Origin: Candidatus Omnitrophota bacterium
GTDB taxonomy: Bacteria; Omnitrophota; Gorgyraeia; Zapsychrales; JAHFGK01
DNA length: 41,148 bases
Direction of reading: 5' to 3'
NCBI GenBank assembly: GCA_023247475.1
Contig: JAHFGK010000003.1
Coordinates: forward strand, 1-41,148
Shown: in pieces, positions 28,149-37,243 of the stretch
Layout of the letters: each line of letters starts with the position of its first letter
How positions within the stretch are numbered: the first letter of the stretch is position 1
The notes under the pieces: generated by a model
What the model was told of the DNA's origin: nothing
Databases searched by the model: none
The model's input: only the letters and a program-made list of their open reading frames with translations
Program-made: the position numbers and the translations under genes

Positions 28149-28188
28149 ATCTTTAAAAATTCCCTTAACACTGATCATCTGCGGTTAA

Positions 28189-30111
28189 TTATTTCTTATC
28201 ATCCTCCGCTTTAAAATCAGCATCGATTATATCATCCTTGTTTCCTCCCTGAGTCTGTTTCTGTCCACCGGATTCCGAGGAAGATTGATATCCACCACCC
28301 CCAGCACCCGCAGTTTGGCCAGCCTGTTGAGCGGCACTCGCTTTATAAACTTCCTCCGCTAATTTATGGCTAGCCTTTTGCAAGGATTCTATTCCCTTCT
28401 TAATTCTTTCCTCATGTTTATTCTTAATGGCTTCCTTTAAATTATTAAGTTCACTTTCAATATTAGTTCGGTCAGTAGCAGAAACTTTATCGCCATAATC
28501 TTTTAAAGATTTCTCCGTCGCATAAACAAGTGTATTCGCCTGATTAATGAGCTCTACCTCTTCGCGTTTTTTCTTATCCTGCTCGGCGAATTTTTCTGCT
28601 TCTTTAACCATCTTATCAATCTCAGCCGAGGATAATTTTGTCGGAGCGGTAATTTTTATGGATTGTTCTTTCCCCGTCCCTTTATCTTTGGCGGAAACAT
28701 GAACGATGCCGTTTGCATCAATATCAAAGGTAACCTCAACTTGAGGGATACCTCGCGGGGCTGGCGGAATACCGACGAGATCAAACCGTCCCAACTCGGT
28801 ATTATCATTGGCCATCGGGCGTTCCCCCTGAAGAACCCGAATGGTCACTGCCGGTTGATTATCTTCTGCCGTTGAAAAAATCTGACTTCTTCGTGTTGGG
28901 ATCGTTGTGTTTCGTTCAATTAGTTTAGTGAAGACACTGCCCAACGTCTCGATTCCTAACGAAAGTGGCGTGACATCCAAAAGGAGAACTTCTTTGGCTT
29001 CTCCTTTAATGATTCCTGCTTGAATGGCAGCGCCTAAAGCCACACATTCCATCGGGTCAATGCCGCGCTCGATTTTTTGCCCTACTTCTCGTTCCACAAA
29101 TTGCTGAACAATCGGCATCCGCGTTGGCCCACCGACGAGAATAACCTTATCAATTTTAATCTGTTCGCCTAACTTTGTGGAGGCATCCTTCATGGCCTGA
29201 AGGAGCGGACCACGGCATCGTTCGACAATCGGAGAAACCAAACTTTCGAGTTTGGCTCGGTCGATCGTTAAATTCAAATGCTTGGGACCCGTAGCATCCG
29301 CAGTGACAAACGGTAAATTCACTTCGGTGGAAATTGTACTTGAAAGTTCTACCTTTGCCTTTTCCGCGGCTTCCCGTATTCTTTGAAAAGCCATTTTGTC
29401 ATTTTTAAGATTGACGCCGCTCTCTTTGCGAAATTGTTCAATAACATAATCAATAAGAACGTTATCCATGTCGGTACCACCCAGTTGATTATCTCCATTG
29501 GTAGATAGCACTTCAAAAGTGGCTGCTTTACTTTCTGAATCCCACCCCATCTCAAGGATGGTGACATCTAACGTCCCACCACCGAGGTCAAAGACCATAA
29601 TTTTCTGTTCTTTTCCGGCTTTGTCCAAACCATAAGCTAAACAAGCAGCGGTGGGTTCATTAATAATTCTTAACACTTTTAAACCGGCAATTTCCCCCGC
29701 ATCTTTGGTGGCTTGTCTTTGGTTATCATTAAAATAAGCCGGAACGGTAATGACCGCTTCCTCAACGGTATCCCCAAGATATTTCTCCGCATCTGCTTTA
29801 ATTTTCTGTAAGATAAAAGCACTGACCTGCTGCGGTGTAAACTCTTTATCGAAAACTTTAAATTTATGATTAGTTCCCATTTTTCTTTTTGCCGCATAAA
29901 TGGTTCCCTCTGGATTAATGGGGGCTTGTCGATGCGCCGGTTCACCAACGAGACGCTGTCCATCTTTGGTAAAACCCACAAACGAAGGAAACGCTTTACC
30001 TGAAGCCACCCCCGCCCCTTCGGCCGAAGGGATGATAACCGGCCGACCACCTTCCATCACAGCAGCAGCCGAATTGGATGTTCCTAAATCAATTCCTATT
30101 GCTCTTGCCAT
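28189..30111 (-). CDS. dnaK: Molecular chaperone DnaK (Hsp70)
   Basis: Motifs are [20 protein letters not shown] and the C-terminal lid. The ORF track starts at 30129. The ATG at 30111 is preceded by GAAGGAGG at good spacing and gives the canonical [11 protein letters not shown]. Confidence 0.95.
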   Translation of the reverse strand: MARAIGIDLGTSNSAAAVMEGGRPVIIPSAEGAGVASGKAFPSFVGFTKDGQRLVGEPAHRQAPINPEGTIYAAKRKMGTNHKFKVFDKEFTPQQVSAFILQKIKADAEKYLGDTVEEAVITVPAYFNDNQRQATKDAGEIAGLKVLRIINEPTAACLAYGLDKAGKEQKIMVFDLGGGTLDVTILEMGWDSESKAATFEVLSTNGDNQLGGTDMDNVLIDYVIEQFRKESGVNLKNDKMAFQRIREAAEKAKVELSSTISTEVNLPFVTADATGPKHLNLTIDRAKLESLVSPIVERCRGPLLQAMKDASTKLGEQIKIDKVILVGGPTRMPIVQQFVEREVGQKIERGIDPMECVALGAAIQAGIIKGEAKEVLLLDVTPLSLGIETLGSVFTKLIERNTTIPTRRSQIFSTAEDNQPAVTIRVLQGERPMANDNTELGRFDLVGIPPAPRGIPQVEVTFDIDANGIVHVSAKDKGTGKEQSIKITAPTKLSSAEIDKMVKEAEKFAEQDKKKREEVELINQANTLVYATEKSLKDYGDKVSATDRTNIESELNNLKEAIKNKHEERIKKGIESLQKASHKLAEEVYKASAAQQAGQTAGAGGGGYQSSSESGGQKQTQGGNKDDIIDADFKAEDDKK

Positions 30112-30209
30112 AGCTAAACCCTCCTTCAAGTCATCTCAAAAATTTTGACTATTCGAAGCAACCCGAGTCAAAATTTTCTTTAACTTTTTAGATCAAAAAG
30201 TTTGTTGAA

Positions 30210-30881
30210 TTATGAACCTTCCTGTTTTCGCTTAGCTACCTTCACCTTGGCGGTGCGCACCACTTTATCGCCAAGATAATAACCTTTTTGAAATACCTCG
30301 ACTACCGTATCATCTTCATCTTTGTCTGATTCAGCCATCATCAAAATTTCATGACAGTGGGGATCAAACTTTTTGCCCAAGGCCTCGATGGGTCGAACAT
30401 TATTTTTTTTAAGTAATTCCTGAATCCGTGACATAATCATTTCCACACCTTGCAAAAAAGCACCGTAATCTTCGTGTTTAACTTTGGCGGCTTCCAGAGA
30501 ACGCTCTAAATCATCGAGGATGCCTAAAAACTGAGTAATCAGCTCTTCATTTGCGTATTTGACAAATTCCAGCCGTTCCCGTTCCTGCCGTTTTCGCGCA
30601 TTATCAAATTCCGCAAACAAACGAAGATATTTATCTTTGTAACTAGTCAGTTCCTCGTTAAGTTTTTTATATTCCCCCTCAGAAACTTCGATGGTTTTCT
30701 CTTTGCCGGGCTGTTGAGATTGTAACTTTTGTTCTCCAAGGGTCTCGGCATCTTTGGTCTTCTCCTTTTTCTGCTGTTCAAACTCTGTTGTACCCGTCTG
30801 ACTCTTCTCTAATTCTTTTTCCTGGGTCATATTTTCAGTCATCTTTACTTCTTCTTTTGTTTCTCTTTTCTTCCCAAACAT
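30210..30881 (-). CDS. grpE: Nucleotide exchange factor GrpE
   Basis: 223 aa. Motifs are YLRLFAEFDNARKRQERE and the C-terminal VVEVFQKGYYLGDKVVRTAKVKV. It lies between hrcA and dnaK. Confidence 0.9.
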   Translation of the reverse strand: MFGKKRETKEEVKMTENMTQEKELEKSQTGTTEFEQQKKEKTKDAETLGEQKLQSQQPGKEKTIEVSEGEYKKLNEELTSYKDKYLRLFAEFDNARKRQERERLEFVKYANEELITQFLGILDDLERSLEAAKVKHEDYGAFLQGVEMIMSRIQELLKKNNVRPIEALGKKFDPHCHEILMMAESDKDEDDTVVEVFQKGYYLGDKVVRTAKVKVAKRKQEGS

Positions 30882-30896
30882 AGGCCACGCGTATCC

Positions 30897-31634
30897 TTAG
30901 AGAACCTTACCCATTAACTCCGAGAAATAATCCAAAGTAGAAACAACCCGTTCGTAATTCATACAAGTGGGACCTAAAACGGCGATCCGTCCACTGGGAC
31001 CGCTGGAAACTTTATACTGGGAGATCACCAGGGAACAATTGTCAATGGCGGAAAAGGTTAGTTCATGACCAATAAAAATATTAATTTTTTCCTCTAAATC
31101 ACGGTTAAGCAATTCTAAGATGCGTTCCTTTTCTTCTAAAGCATAAAGAATTTCTTTAATCTTGTTTAAATCACGGATATCAGGATATTCGATCACGTGA
31201 CTTGTCCCTTTACAAAAAATTTTTCGTGTCCAACCATCCACGGAAACTATACTTGTGTAGTGGGTTAAATCCGCAATGACCTCGGATGTCCTATCGAGCA
31301 AGGTTTCTAGATCTTTAACTTCTTTTTGATATTCAACCTTGATACGCTCTTTTTCCTCTCCTAAAAGTTGAATTTCATGCATTAAGTGATCCACATAATA
31401 ACGGTAACCCTGTTGCGTGGGGATACGCCCCGCAGAAGTGTGAGGATGAGTTAAATAACCATCTTCTTCTAATTCGGCTAAAATATTCCGTATCGTAGCC
31501 GGACTCAAATCAAGATGATACTTCTGAGCGATGTAGCCTGAACTTACCGGAGTTACACTTTTAATGTATTCATTAACCACGATCCCTAAAACTATTTCCT
31601 TTCGTTCCTTGTACTCAATTCGTTTGGAGGTCAT
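30897..31634 (-). CDS. hrcA: Heat-inducible transcription repressor HrcA (short form, 245 aa)
   Basis: The N-terminal winged helix is PVSSGYIAQKYHLDLSPATIRNILAELEEDGYLTHPHTSAGRIPTQQGYRYYVDHLM. The C-terminus is LGPTCMNYERVVSTLDYFSELM. It is the first gene of the hrcA-grpE-dnaK-dnaJ order and has a CIRCE element upstream. Confidence 0.85.
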   Translation of the reverse strand: MTSKRIEYKERKEIVLGIVVNEYIKSVTPVSSGYIAQKYHLDLSPATIRNILAELEEDGYLTHPHTSAGRIPTQQGYRYYVDHLMHEIQLLGEEKERIKVEYQKEVKDLETLLDRTSEVIADLTHYTSIVSVDGWTRKIFCKGTSHVIEYPDIRDLNKIKEILYALEEKERILELLNRDLEEKINIFIGHELTFSAIDNCSLVISQYKVSSGPSGRIAVLGPTCMNYERVVSTLDYFSELMGKVL

Positions 31635-31721
31635 GGTTCACTCTCCTAATTCCTTTTGATTATTCTATTTACTTTTAATACTTATAAAATTTTATAGATA
31701 ATTTCCGTCATTTCCAAATTT

Positions 31722-31748
31722 TTAGCACTCATCTAGTATGATTGCTAA
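31722..31748. promoter_or_regulatory. CIRCE operator (HrcA binding site) of the dnaK operon
   Basis: TTAGCACTC-ATCTAGTAT-GATTGCTAA matches the consensus TTAGCACTC-N9-GAGTGCTAA at 17 of 18 arm positions. It begins 6 nt downstream of the -10 box. Confidence 0.85.
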
Positions 31749-31754
31749 AGCCGT

Positions 31755-31782
31755 ATTATAACAAAAACAATTCCCCTGTCAA
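31755..31782 (-). promoter_or_regulatory. Sigma70 consensus promoter of hrcA-grpE-dnaK-dnaJ
   Basis: On the minus strand: TTGACA (31782-31777), a 16-nt spacer, then TATAAT (31760-31755). The CIRCE element follows directly. Confidence 0.65.
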
Positions 31783-31807
31783 TAACCGTTTTTTGCTTAC
31801 TCCCCCT

Positions 31808-32791
31808 TTAATATTTGCCACGGATATATTGAGCAACTTTCTTATCATAGAATTCCTTTAGCTTAAAATGCAAATCTTTTGACAAAGGTGGCAAGTAACT
31901 TGCAGATACGTTTTCGGTAACCTGTTTTGAATTCGTTGCACCTGGAATAACCGCCGTTACGGCACCAAAATCGAGAATCCAGCGTAAAGCCATTTGAGCC
32001 ATAGTCATTCCCACTGGAATGAAGGCCTTAAGTTCCTCGACAAGTTCAATCCCTTTTTCAAAAGGAATACCTGCGAATGTTTCGCCAACATTAAATATTC
32101 GTCCGTCTCTATTGTAATAACGATGATCGTTTTTTGAAAATTTTGTTTTCTTCCTAAATTTTCCTGACAAAAGTCCAGAAGCTAATGGAAGACGTACGAG
32201 CAGAGCAACACCTTTTTGTTTTGCTTGCTCAAGTAAAGTCGATATCGGTTTTTGCCTAAATATATTAAAAATAACCTGAAGCGAAGCTAACCCTTCTTGC
32301 TTCAAGCAATAAATCGCTTCTTCCATTGATTCCACACTTGCTCCAAAATTTTTTATCTTCCCTTCTTTCTTCAAAATCCTTAGCCACTCAAACAGATCAC
32401 CTTTTTTCAAGAACTCAGTAGGCAGACAATGAATCTGCGTCAGATCCAAAGCCTCCGTCCCTAATCGCTTTAATGAGGCTTCGGTATGACCCCGAAAATT
32501 CGTAAGTGAAAAGTTTTTAGGCCATCCCGGATCAGAGAAACGGCCCAACTTTGTTGCCACAAATACCTTTTCGGAACATCCCTTCAAAAATTTACCAATC
32601 CGTGATTCACTTAAACCTCTCCCATAAACATCAGCGGTATCAAAAAAATTGACTCCCTGGTCAACCGCCTCTTTTAAAATTGTTCGAGCCGTCTTATCAT
32701 CAACTCGCTTCCAATCCCCACCCAATTGCCATGTCCCTAGGCCGACTTCCGAAACATTTATTCCTGTTTGTCCAATTACTCTAAATTTCAT
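31808..32791 (-). CDS. Aldo/keto reductase
   Basis: The N-terminus MKFRVIGQTGINVSEVGLGTWQLGGDW...FFDTADVYG is typical of AKRs. The ORF track extends to 32848 and overlaps the upstream gene. The Met at 32791 removes the overlap. Confidence 0.85.
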   Translation of the reverse strand: MKFRVIGQTGINVSEVGLGTWQLGGDWKRVDDKTARTILKEAVDQGVNFFDTADVYGRGLSESRIGKFLKGCSEKVFVATKLGRFSDPGWPKNFSLTNFRGHTEASLKRLGTEALDLTQIHCLPTEFLKKGDLFEWLRILKKEGKIKNFGASVESMEEAIYCLKQEGLASLQVIFNIFRQKPISTLLEQAKQKGVALLVRLPLASGLLSGKFRKKTKFSKNDHRYYNRDGRIFNVGETFAGIPFEKGIELVEELKAFIPVGMTMAQMALRWILDFGAVTAVIPGATNSKQVTENVSASYLPPLSKDLHFKLKEFYDKKVAQYIRGKY

Positions 32792-32801
32792 TATAGTTTT
32801 A

Positions 32802-33506
32802 CTATAATTCCTCATTATCTTTTTCAATCTCAACTCGTCCAAGGCCATTGAGTTTCTTCACCAAAATCATCAGCTGATCAACATACTTTTCGATAACCGA
32901 ATAATCGTCGTGCAATTGGTAAATATGCGGCCGTAATAATCGGTTGGAATGAAACTCCAGGACAATTAATCCCTCTTTAATTTCTAGCGACAGGGACGGT
33001 CGACCGCGAAAATCCCGATTCTTAAATCCCTTTAATATACTCAATACCTCATCATCGGCAAATAACGCATTCACTCGTCTCGGTGAATTTGTATGAATAT
33101 AAAATTCCTGAAATTCCGGTGGGACTATTACCTTTCGGATATCTACTCCCTGCGCCGGGATTTCGGTAGCTCGCACAATATTGGTGCGAACCTTAGTTGT
33201 CTCTTTTTCGGTAAAACTGAAGGTTAAATTGCTTTGTGTTTGTACTTTTAAATAACCTTTAAATTGATTGCTAGAAAATCCGACCTCCTCAATAATATCT
33301 TCAAACACAAATTCGGTCCCTTCCACAACAAAAATTAATTTATAAGAATTGGGGTGACGTTCTAAAGGTTCTAGTTGTCCCTCTAAAAATTTTTTCATTT
33401 TTTCCAAATGAATTGTTCGGGGTTTTTCTTTTTTAACAAACAATCCAATCAGAAGAACAATACCGTAGATAATGGCAGCTACCAACAAAATATTGGTTAA
33501 ACTCAT
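32802..33506 (-). CDS. Hypothetical protein with an N-terminal membrane anchor
   Basis: 234-aa ORF with one N-terminal hydrophobic helix (ILLVAAIIYGIVLLIGLF). I recognise no motif. Confidence 0.5.
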   Translation of the reverse strand: MSLTNILLVAAIIYGIVLLIGLFVKKEKPRTIHLEKMKKFLEGQLEPLERHPNSYKLIFVVEGTEFVFEDIIEEVGFSSNQFKGYLKVQTQSNLTFSFTEKETTKVRTNIVRATEIPAQGVDIRKVIVPPEFQEFYIHTNSPRRVNALFADDEVLSILKGFKNRDFRGRPSLSLEIKEGLIVLEFHSNRLLRPHIYQLHDDYSVIEKYVDQLMILVKKLNGLGRVEIEKDNEEL

Positions 33507-33579
33507 ATCATTTGCCTCTCAATTATGAAAATACAGCTTTAATTCAATTGACATTAATTTCATTGTTAACTCCTAAAAC

Positions 33580-33840
33580 TTATTTATATCGTATCTTCAT
33601 AATGATGATATAAAGAGTCAGCAAAAAAACGACGGTGTTGGGAAGAATAATCGCAATGGCCTTCGCTAAAATGCCATAAATCACCCACAACCAAAGGCCC
33701 ATAGCAAGGATAATGTACGTTGGTAAAGATAGATCTCGAGTACGTCTCGTACGATGTATTCTCTTTATCTGGGGCAAGAACGATATCGTTGTACACGCCC
33801 CCGCCATTAGTCCAATAATCGTTAGATAATCAATGTGCAC
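33580..33840 (-). CDS. SemiSWEET / PQ-loop family small transporter
   Basis: 86 aa with three TM helices and a PQ motif (TTISFLPQIKRI). The apparent start codon is GTG. Confidence 0.7.
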   Translation of the reverse strand: MHIDYLTIIGLMAGACTTISFLPQIKRIHRTRRTRDLSLPTYIILAMGLWLWVIYGILAKAIAIILPNTVVFLLTLYIIIMKIRYK

Positions 33841-33924
33841 AATTTAAGTCTTTCTAAACCTTGTTAGCGAACTCATTTAAATAGTAATTATCTTAACATT
33901 TTCTTCTTTTGCGTCTATGTATTC

Positions 33925-36519
33925 TCAATTTATTTGACCATTTACTTTCAACTCAAGTTCTCCGTCTCTGGCAACCCCGATTTTGATATGATTCTTTTCT
34001 TTAATTTCGCCATTAAGAATTTTCCTGGCAATGATATCTTGAACATACCTCTGGACAACCCGTTTCAGTGGACGAGCGCCATACACAGGGTCATAACCCC
34101 TAATCGCTAGGATGTCCTTGGCTTTATCCGTTAATTCGAGCGTGATATTTTTGTCTTTTAATCGGTTCTTCAGAATTCCAATCTGAATATCCACGATTCT
34201 TTGAATATCCTGCTGCTTTAACCGATTAAAGATCACTTTTTCATCGATACGATTTAAAAATTCTGGACGAAAATGGGCTTTTAACGCTTCATTAATGCGT
34301 TGTTCAATTTCATTTTTATTCTCCAAATCCACGATCAATTCGGAGCCGCTATTAGAAGTCATGATAATAATCGTGTTCTTAAAATTCACCACCCGTCCTT
34401 GCCCATCTGTTAAGCGACCATCGTCCAAGATCTGCAAAAGCGCGTTAAAAACTTCACTGTGCGCCTTTTCGATTTCATCGAAAAGCACAACCGAAAAGGG
34501 GCGGCGACGCACGGACTCGGTTAATTGTCCGCCTTCCTCGTAACCAACGTATCCGGGTGGTGCGCCAATGAGCCGGGCCACGCTATGTTTTTCCATGTAC
34601 TCGCTCATATCGATCCGAATCAGAGCATTTTCATCGTCAAATAAAAACCACGCCAACGATCGGGCCAATTCTGTCTTTCCCACACCCGTGGGGCCGACAA
34701 AAAGAAACGAACCAATCGGACGGTTAGGATCATTTAATCCCGTCCGTGATCGGCGAATACAGGAGGACACCAAAGCAATCGCCTCATCCTGACCAACTAC
34801 ACGCGTCTTAAGACTCTCTTCAATATGAATCAACTTTTCGGTTTCCCCTTCCATTAATTTGGAAACAGGAATCTTGGTCCATTTAGAAACAATCTCCGCA
34901 ATGTCTTGATCATCCACTTCTTCTTTAAGTAGAGCGCCCTTAGCTTGGAGTTTAGTTAATTCCTTATTTTGTTGAGCTAATTCCTTCTCGAAATTCACCA
35001 ATATTCCATACCGAATCTCAGCGACTTTATCGAGGTTACCGACCTTCTCCGCTTTTGATTCTTCCAGTTTCTTTTGTTCAATCTCGGCTTTGATTTTACG
35101 GATTTTATTAATGACATCTTTTTCCGATTGCCAACGCAGACGCAATTTTTTACTTTCTTCTTTCAGTCCTTCTAATTCTTTTTCTAATTTTTTGAGTCGT
35201 TCTTGAGAAGCCTCATCCTTTTCCTTCTTTAAGGCTTGGCGTTCAATTTCCAATTGACGGATCCGGCGCTCGTTAATATCCAATTCCTGCGGCATGCTGT
35301 CGATTTCAATACGCAAACGCGAAGCGGCTTCGTCAATTAAATCAATGGCTTTATCAGGTAAAAATCGGTCAGTAATATACCGCTGCGACATTGTGGCTGC
35401 AGCAATCAGAGCCGCATCTTGAATGCGCACGCCATGATGAACTTCATAACGCTCTTTAAGTCCACGTAAAATCGCAATTGTATCTTCGACGGACGGTTCA
35501 TTGACCAAAACAGGTTGAAAACGTCGCTCGAGAGCGGCATCTTTTTCAATATGTTTTCGATATTCATCCAGAGTCGTTGCGCCAATGCAGCGCAAAAGTC
35601 CCCGCGCTAACGCCGGTTTTAATAAATTGGAAGCGTCCATTGAACCTTCCGCTCGACCGGCTCCGACAATCGTGTGCAGTTCGTCAATGAAAAGAATGAT
35701 TTGCCCTTCTTTCGATTCGATTTCTTTAAGCACCGCCTTTAAACGGTCTTCAAATTCACCGCGAAATTTTGACCCCGCCACCAACGCGCCCATATCCAGA
35801 ACAACGACTTTTTTATTTTTTAAACCTTCGGGAACATCACCGAAAAAAATACGCTGCGCCAATCCTTCCACGATCGCTGTTTTCCCCACACCGGGCTCAC
35901 CAATAAGCACCGGGTTATTTTTTGTGCGACGGGATAGCACTTGAATCACCCGACGAATTTCTTCATCCCGACCAATCACCGGATCCAATTTTCCTTTACT
36001 GGCCAATTCCGTTAAATCGCGACCGTATCGTTCCAAAGCCTGATATTTATCTTCGGGATTCATATCCGTTACTTTTTGTCCCCCGCGAATTTGTTTTAGA
36101 ACATTTAACAAATCTTCTTCTTGAATGCCGTTACGTTTCAACTCCCGAGTTAAAACAGAATTATCTTCTTTATAGAGAGCCAAAAGGATGTGTTCTTGTG
36201 AAACATATTCGTCCTTCATTCCCGAAGCGATTTTTTGGGCCTGATTCAAAACCTTGTTGAGGCTATTCGACACATAGGGCCCGCTTGCTCCTTCAACTTG
36301 CGGCTTCTGACGCAATTCATTCTCTAAGGATTGCAATAGAGAAACGGTAGAAATCCCCATCTTCTCTAATATAGAGGGAACGATTTCTTCCCTTTCTTTT
36401 AATAACGAATAGGCCAAGTGCTCGGGCGTGATTTCTTGATGCCCACGTTCGCTGGCCAATTGCAGGGCATTTTGAACGGCCTCCTGACTTTTCATGGTGA
36501 ATTTATCTAGTCTTAACAT
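33925..36519 (-). CDS. clpB: ATP-dependent chaperone/disaggregase ClpB
   Basis: 864 aa. It has two AAA+ modules ([10 protein letters not shown] and [10 protein letters not shown]), a long middle coiled-coil and a Clp N-domain. Confidence 0.95.
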   Translation of the reverse strand: MLRLDKFTMKSQEAVQNALQLASERGHQEITPEHLAYSLLKEREEIVPSILEKMGISTVSLLQSLENELRQKPQVEGASGPYVSNSLNKVLNQAQKIASGMKDEYVSQEHILLALYKEDNSVLTRELKRNGIQEEDLLNVLKQIRGGQKVTDMNPEDKYQALERYGRDLTELASKGKLDPVIGRDEEIRRVIQVLSRRTKNNPVLIGEPGVGKTAIVEGLAQRIFFGDVPEGLKNKKVVVLDMGALVAGSKFRGEFEDRLKAVLKEIESKEGQIILFIDELHTIVGAGRAEGSMDASNLLKPALARGLLRCIGATTLDEYRKHIEKDAALERRFQPVLVNEPSVEDTIAILRGLKERYEVHHGVRIQDAALIAAATMSQRYITDRFLPDKAIDLIDEAASRLRIEIDSMPQELDINERRIRQLEIERQALKKEKDEASQERLKKLEKELEGLKEESKKLRLRWQSEKDVINKIRKIKAEIEQKKLEESKAEKVGNLDKVAEIRYGILVNFEKELAQQNKELTKLQAKGALLKEEVDDQDIAEIVSKWTKIPVSKLMEGETEKLIHIEESLKTRVVGQDEAIALVSSCIRRSRTGLNDPNRPIGSFLFVGPTGVGKTELARSLAWFLFDDENALIRIDMSEYMEKHSVARLIGAPPGYVGYEEGGQLTESVRRRPFSVVLFDEIEKAHSEVFNALLQILDDGRLTDGQGRVVNFKNTIIIMTSNSGSELIVDLENKNEIEQRINEALKAHFRPEFLNRIDEKVIFNRLKQQDIQRIVDIQIGILKNRLKDKNITLELTDKAKDILAIRGYDPVYGARPLKRVVQRYVQDIIARKILNGEIKEKNHIKIGVARDGELELKVNGQIN

Positions 36520-36566
36520 TAGTTAATTTCTCCTTCTCTTCTATTTCCTTTCATGCACAAATTCAA

Positions 36567-36593
36567 TTAGCACTACATAATTGCAAGCGCTAA
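36567..36593. promoter_or_regulatory. CIRCE-like inverted repeat between the MerR/HspR-like gene and clpB
   Basis: The minus-strand reading is TTAGCGCTT-GCAATTATG-TAGTGCTAA. It matches the consensus at 15 of 18 arm positions with the correct 9-nt spacer. It lies 48 nt upstream of the clpB ATG. Confidence 0.55.
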
Positions 36594-36610
36594 TTCGAAA
36601 GTAAAAAAAT

Positions 36611-36901
36611 TTAATCTTTCCTTCTTATCTCAATTTTCATTTCTAAAATGACTTTGATACCACTAATATTCACGTGCCTTTCTTCCATTAAATAATGAAC
36701 ATAATTTAAAATTTTAATTTGCTTATGAGAATAACAGCGAGTCTTCTTACCAATGCGTTTAGCTTTAACAACTCCCAACTCATCCAGTTTACGCAAAGTC
36801 CAAACCGGAATTCTTACGATATGACTTACGACCGTAATGATGTAAACCGGTTCTTCGGGATGAATCTTCACATCAAAATGATCTTTAGATATTTCCTTCA
36901 T
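36611..36901 (-). CDS. MerR-family HTH regulator, HspR-like (heat-shock repressor candidate)
   Basis: 96 aa. A MerR-type HTH is present (YIITVVSHIVRIPVWTLRKLDELGVV). It lies directly upstream of clpB, as HspR does in several phyla. The GAGGG RBS is 5 nt from the ATG. Confidence 0.6.
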   Translation of the reverse strand: MKEISKDHFDVKIHPEEPVYIITVVSHIVRIPVWTLRKLDELGVVKAKRIGKKTRCYSHKQIKILNYVHYLMEERHVNISGIKVILEMKIEIRRKD

Positions 36902-36927
36902 AGGAACCCTCGTTTATTCTCAGCAAA

Positions 36928-36956
36928 AATATAGCATAAACTAATTATTTTGTCAA
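36928..36956 (-). promoter_or_regulatory. Candidate sigma70 promoter of the hspR-like/clpB unit
   Basis: On the minus strand: TTGACA (36956-36951), a 17-nt spacer, then TATATT (36933-36928). This is about 27 nt upstream of the ATG. Confidence 0.5.
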
Positions 36957-36968
36957 GTTTTCTAATAA

Positions 36969-36980
36969 TTCTAATTAGAA
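36969..36980. promoter_or_regulatory. Perfect 12-bp palindrome TTCTAATTAGAA within three TTCTAA repeats (possible operator)
   Basis: The sequence ttctaataattctaattagaaattctaac lies just upstream of the -35 box of the hspR-like promoter, in the divergent intergenic region. Confidence 0.25.
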
Positions 36981-37029
36981 ATTCTAACTATTGACTATCT
37001 CTTCGTTAGGTAATGTTTCGTCCATCGAG

Positions 37030-37049
37030 AAGAAAAATGAATTTTTCTT
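37030..37049. promoter_or_regulatory. Inverted repeat AAGAAAAAT-GA-ATTTTTCTT in leader copy A
   Basis: Perfect 9-bp arms with a 2-nt spacer. The repeat is conserved exactly in copy B (39674-39693). Confidence 0.4.
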
Positions 37050-37067
37050 TGCTATCATCTGAGAATG

Positions 37068-37099
37068 GGTAAATGTTTAGCTGATCGAGGTAAATGTTT
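37068..37099 (+). promoter_or_regulatory. Two direct repeats GGTAAATGTTT phased 21 bp apart (candidate regulator binding sites), copy A
   Basis: The repeats are at 37068-37078 and 37089-37099. The same pair occurs in copy B at 39712-39722 and 39733-39743. Confidence 0.35.
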
Positions 37100-37152
37100 G
37101 AGAGCAAAATTGGGAATTTTCATTGTCTCATCGAGGTTACTTTATTCCGCTA

Positions 37153-37168
37153 AGGGATTGTGCTTGCA
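37153..37168 (+). promoter_or_regulatory. Promoter-like element, copy A: sigma54-type GG-N10-GC (aGGgattgtgcTTGCa), or alternatively a sigma70 -35 TTGCAT
   Basis: GG at 37154-37155 and TTGC at 37164-37167 have the spacing of TGGCAC-N5-TTGC. In the alternative reading, TTGCAT is followed 18 nt later by an extended -10-like TGTCATACT. It lies about 75 nt upstream of the start codon. Confidence 0.3.
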
Positions 37169-37243
37169 TAGAGCCTCACGAATATGTCATACTTGAACAG
37201 TGAAGTCATTTTTTACTATTAGAAGCTTAGGAAAGGATTAACC

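Larger units (their letters stand above)
37010..37243 (+). repeat. Leader repeat copy A (conserved upstream region of the metalloprotease paralogs)
   Basis: Hand alignment to 39654-39792 plus 40012-40106 is near-identical. Differences are a few substitutions and a 1-nt indel, with more divergence in the last ~50 nt. Confidence 0.9.

Noticed and set aside
28149-28178. N-terminal extensions given by the ORF track for dnaJ (to 28178), dnaK (to 30129), the aldo/keto reductase (to 32848) and the TPP alpha-like gene (to 5285).
   Set aside because: Internal Met codons reproduce the canonical family N-termini. For dnaK there is also a strong GAAGGAGG RBS. For the reductase the internal Met removes an overlap. 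The TPP alpha-like start remains genuinely uncertain.
36902-37243. The minus-to-plus strand switch at about 37 kb as a replication origin.
   Set aside because: There is no dnaA or dnaN, and no cluster of DnaA boxes in the intergenic region. The only perfect TTATCCACA I saw (5894-5902) lies alone inside the UXS pseudogene. The divergence is more simply two divergent promoters.
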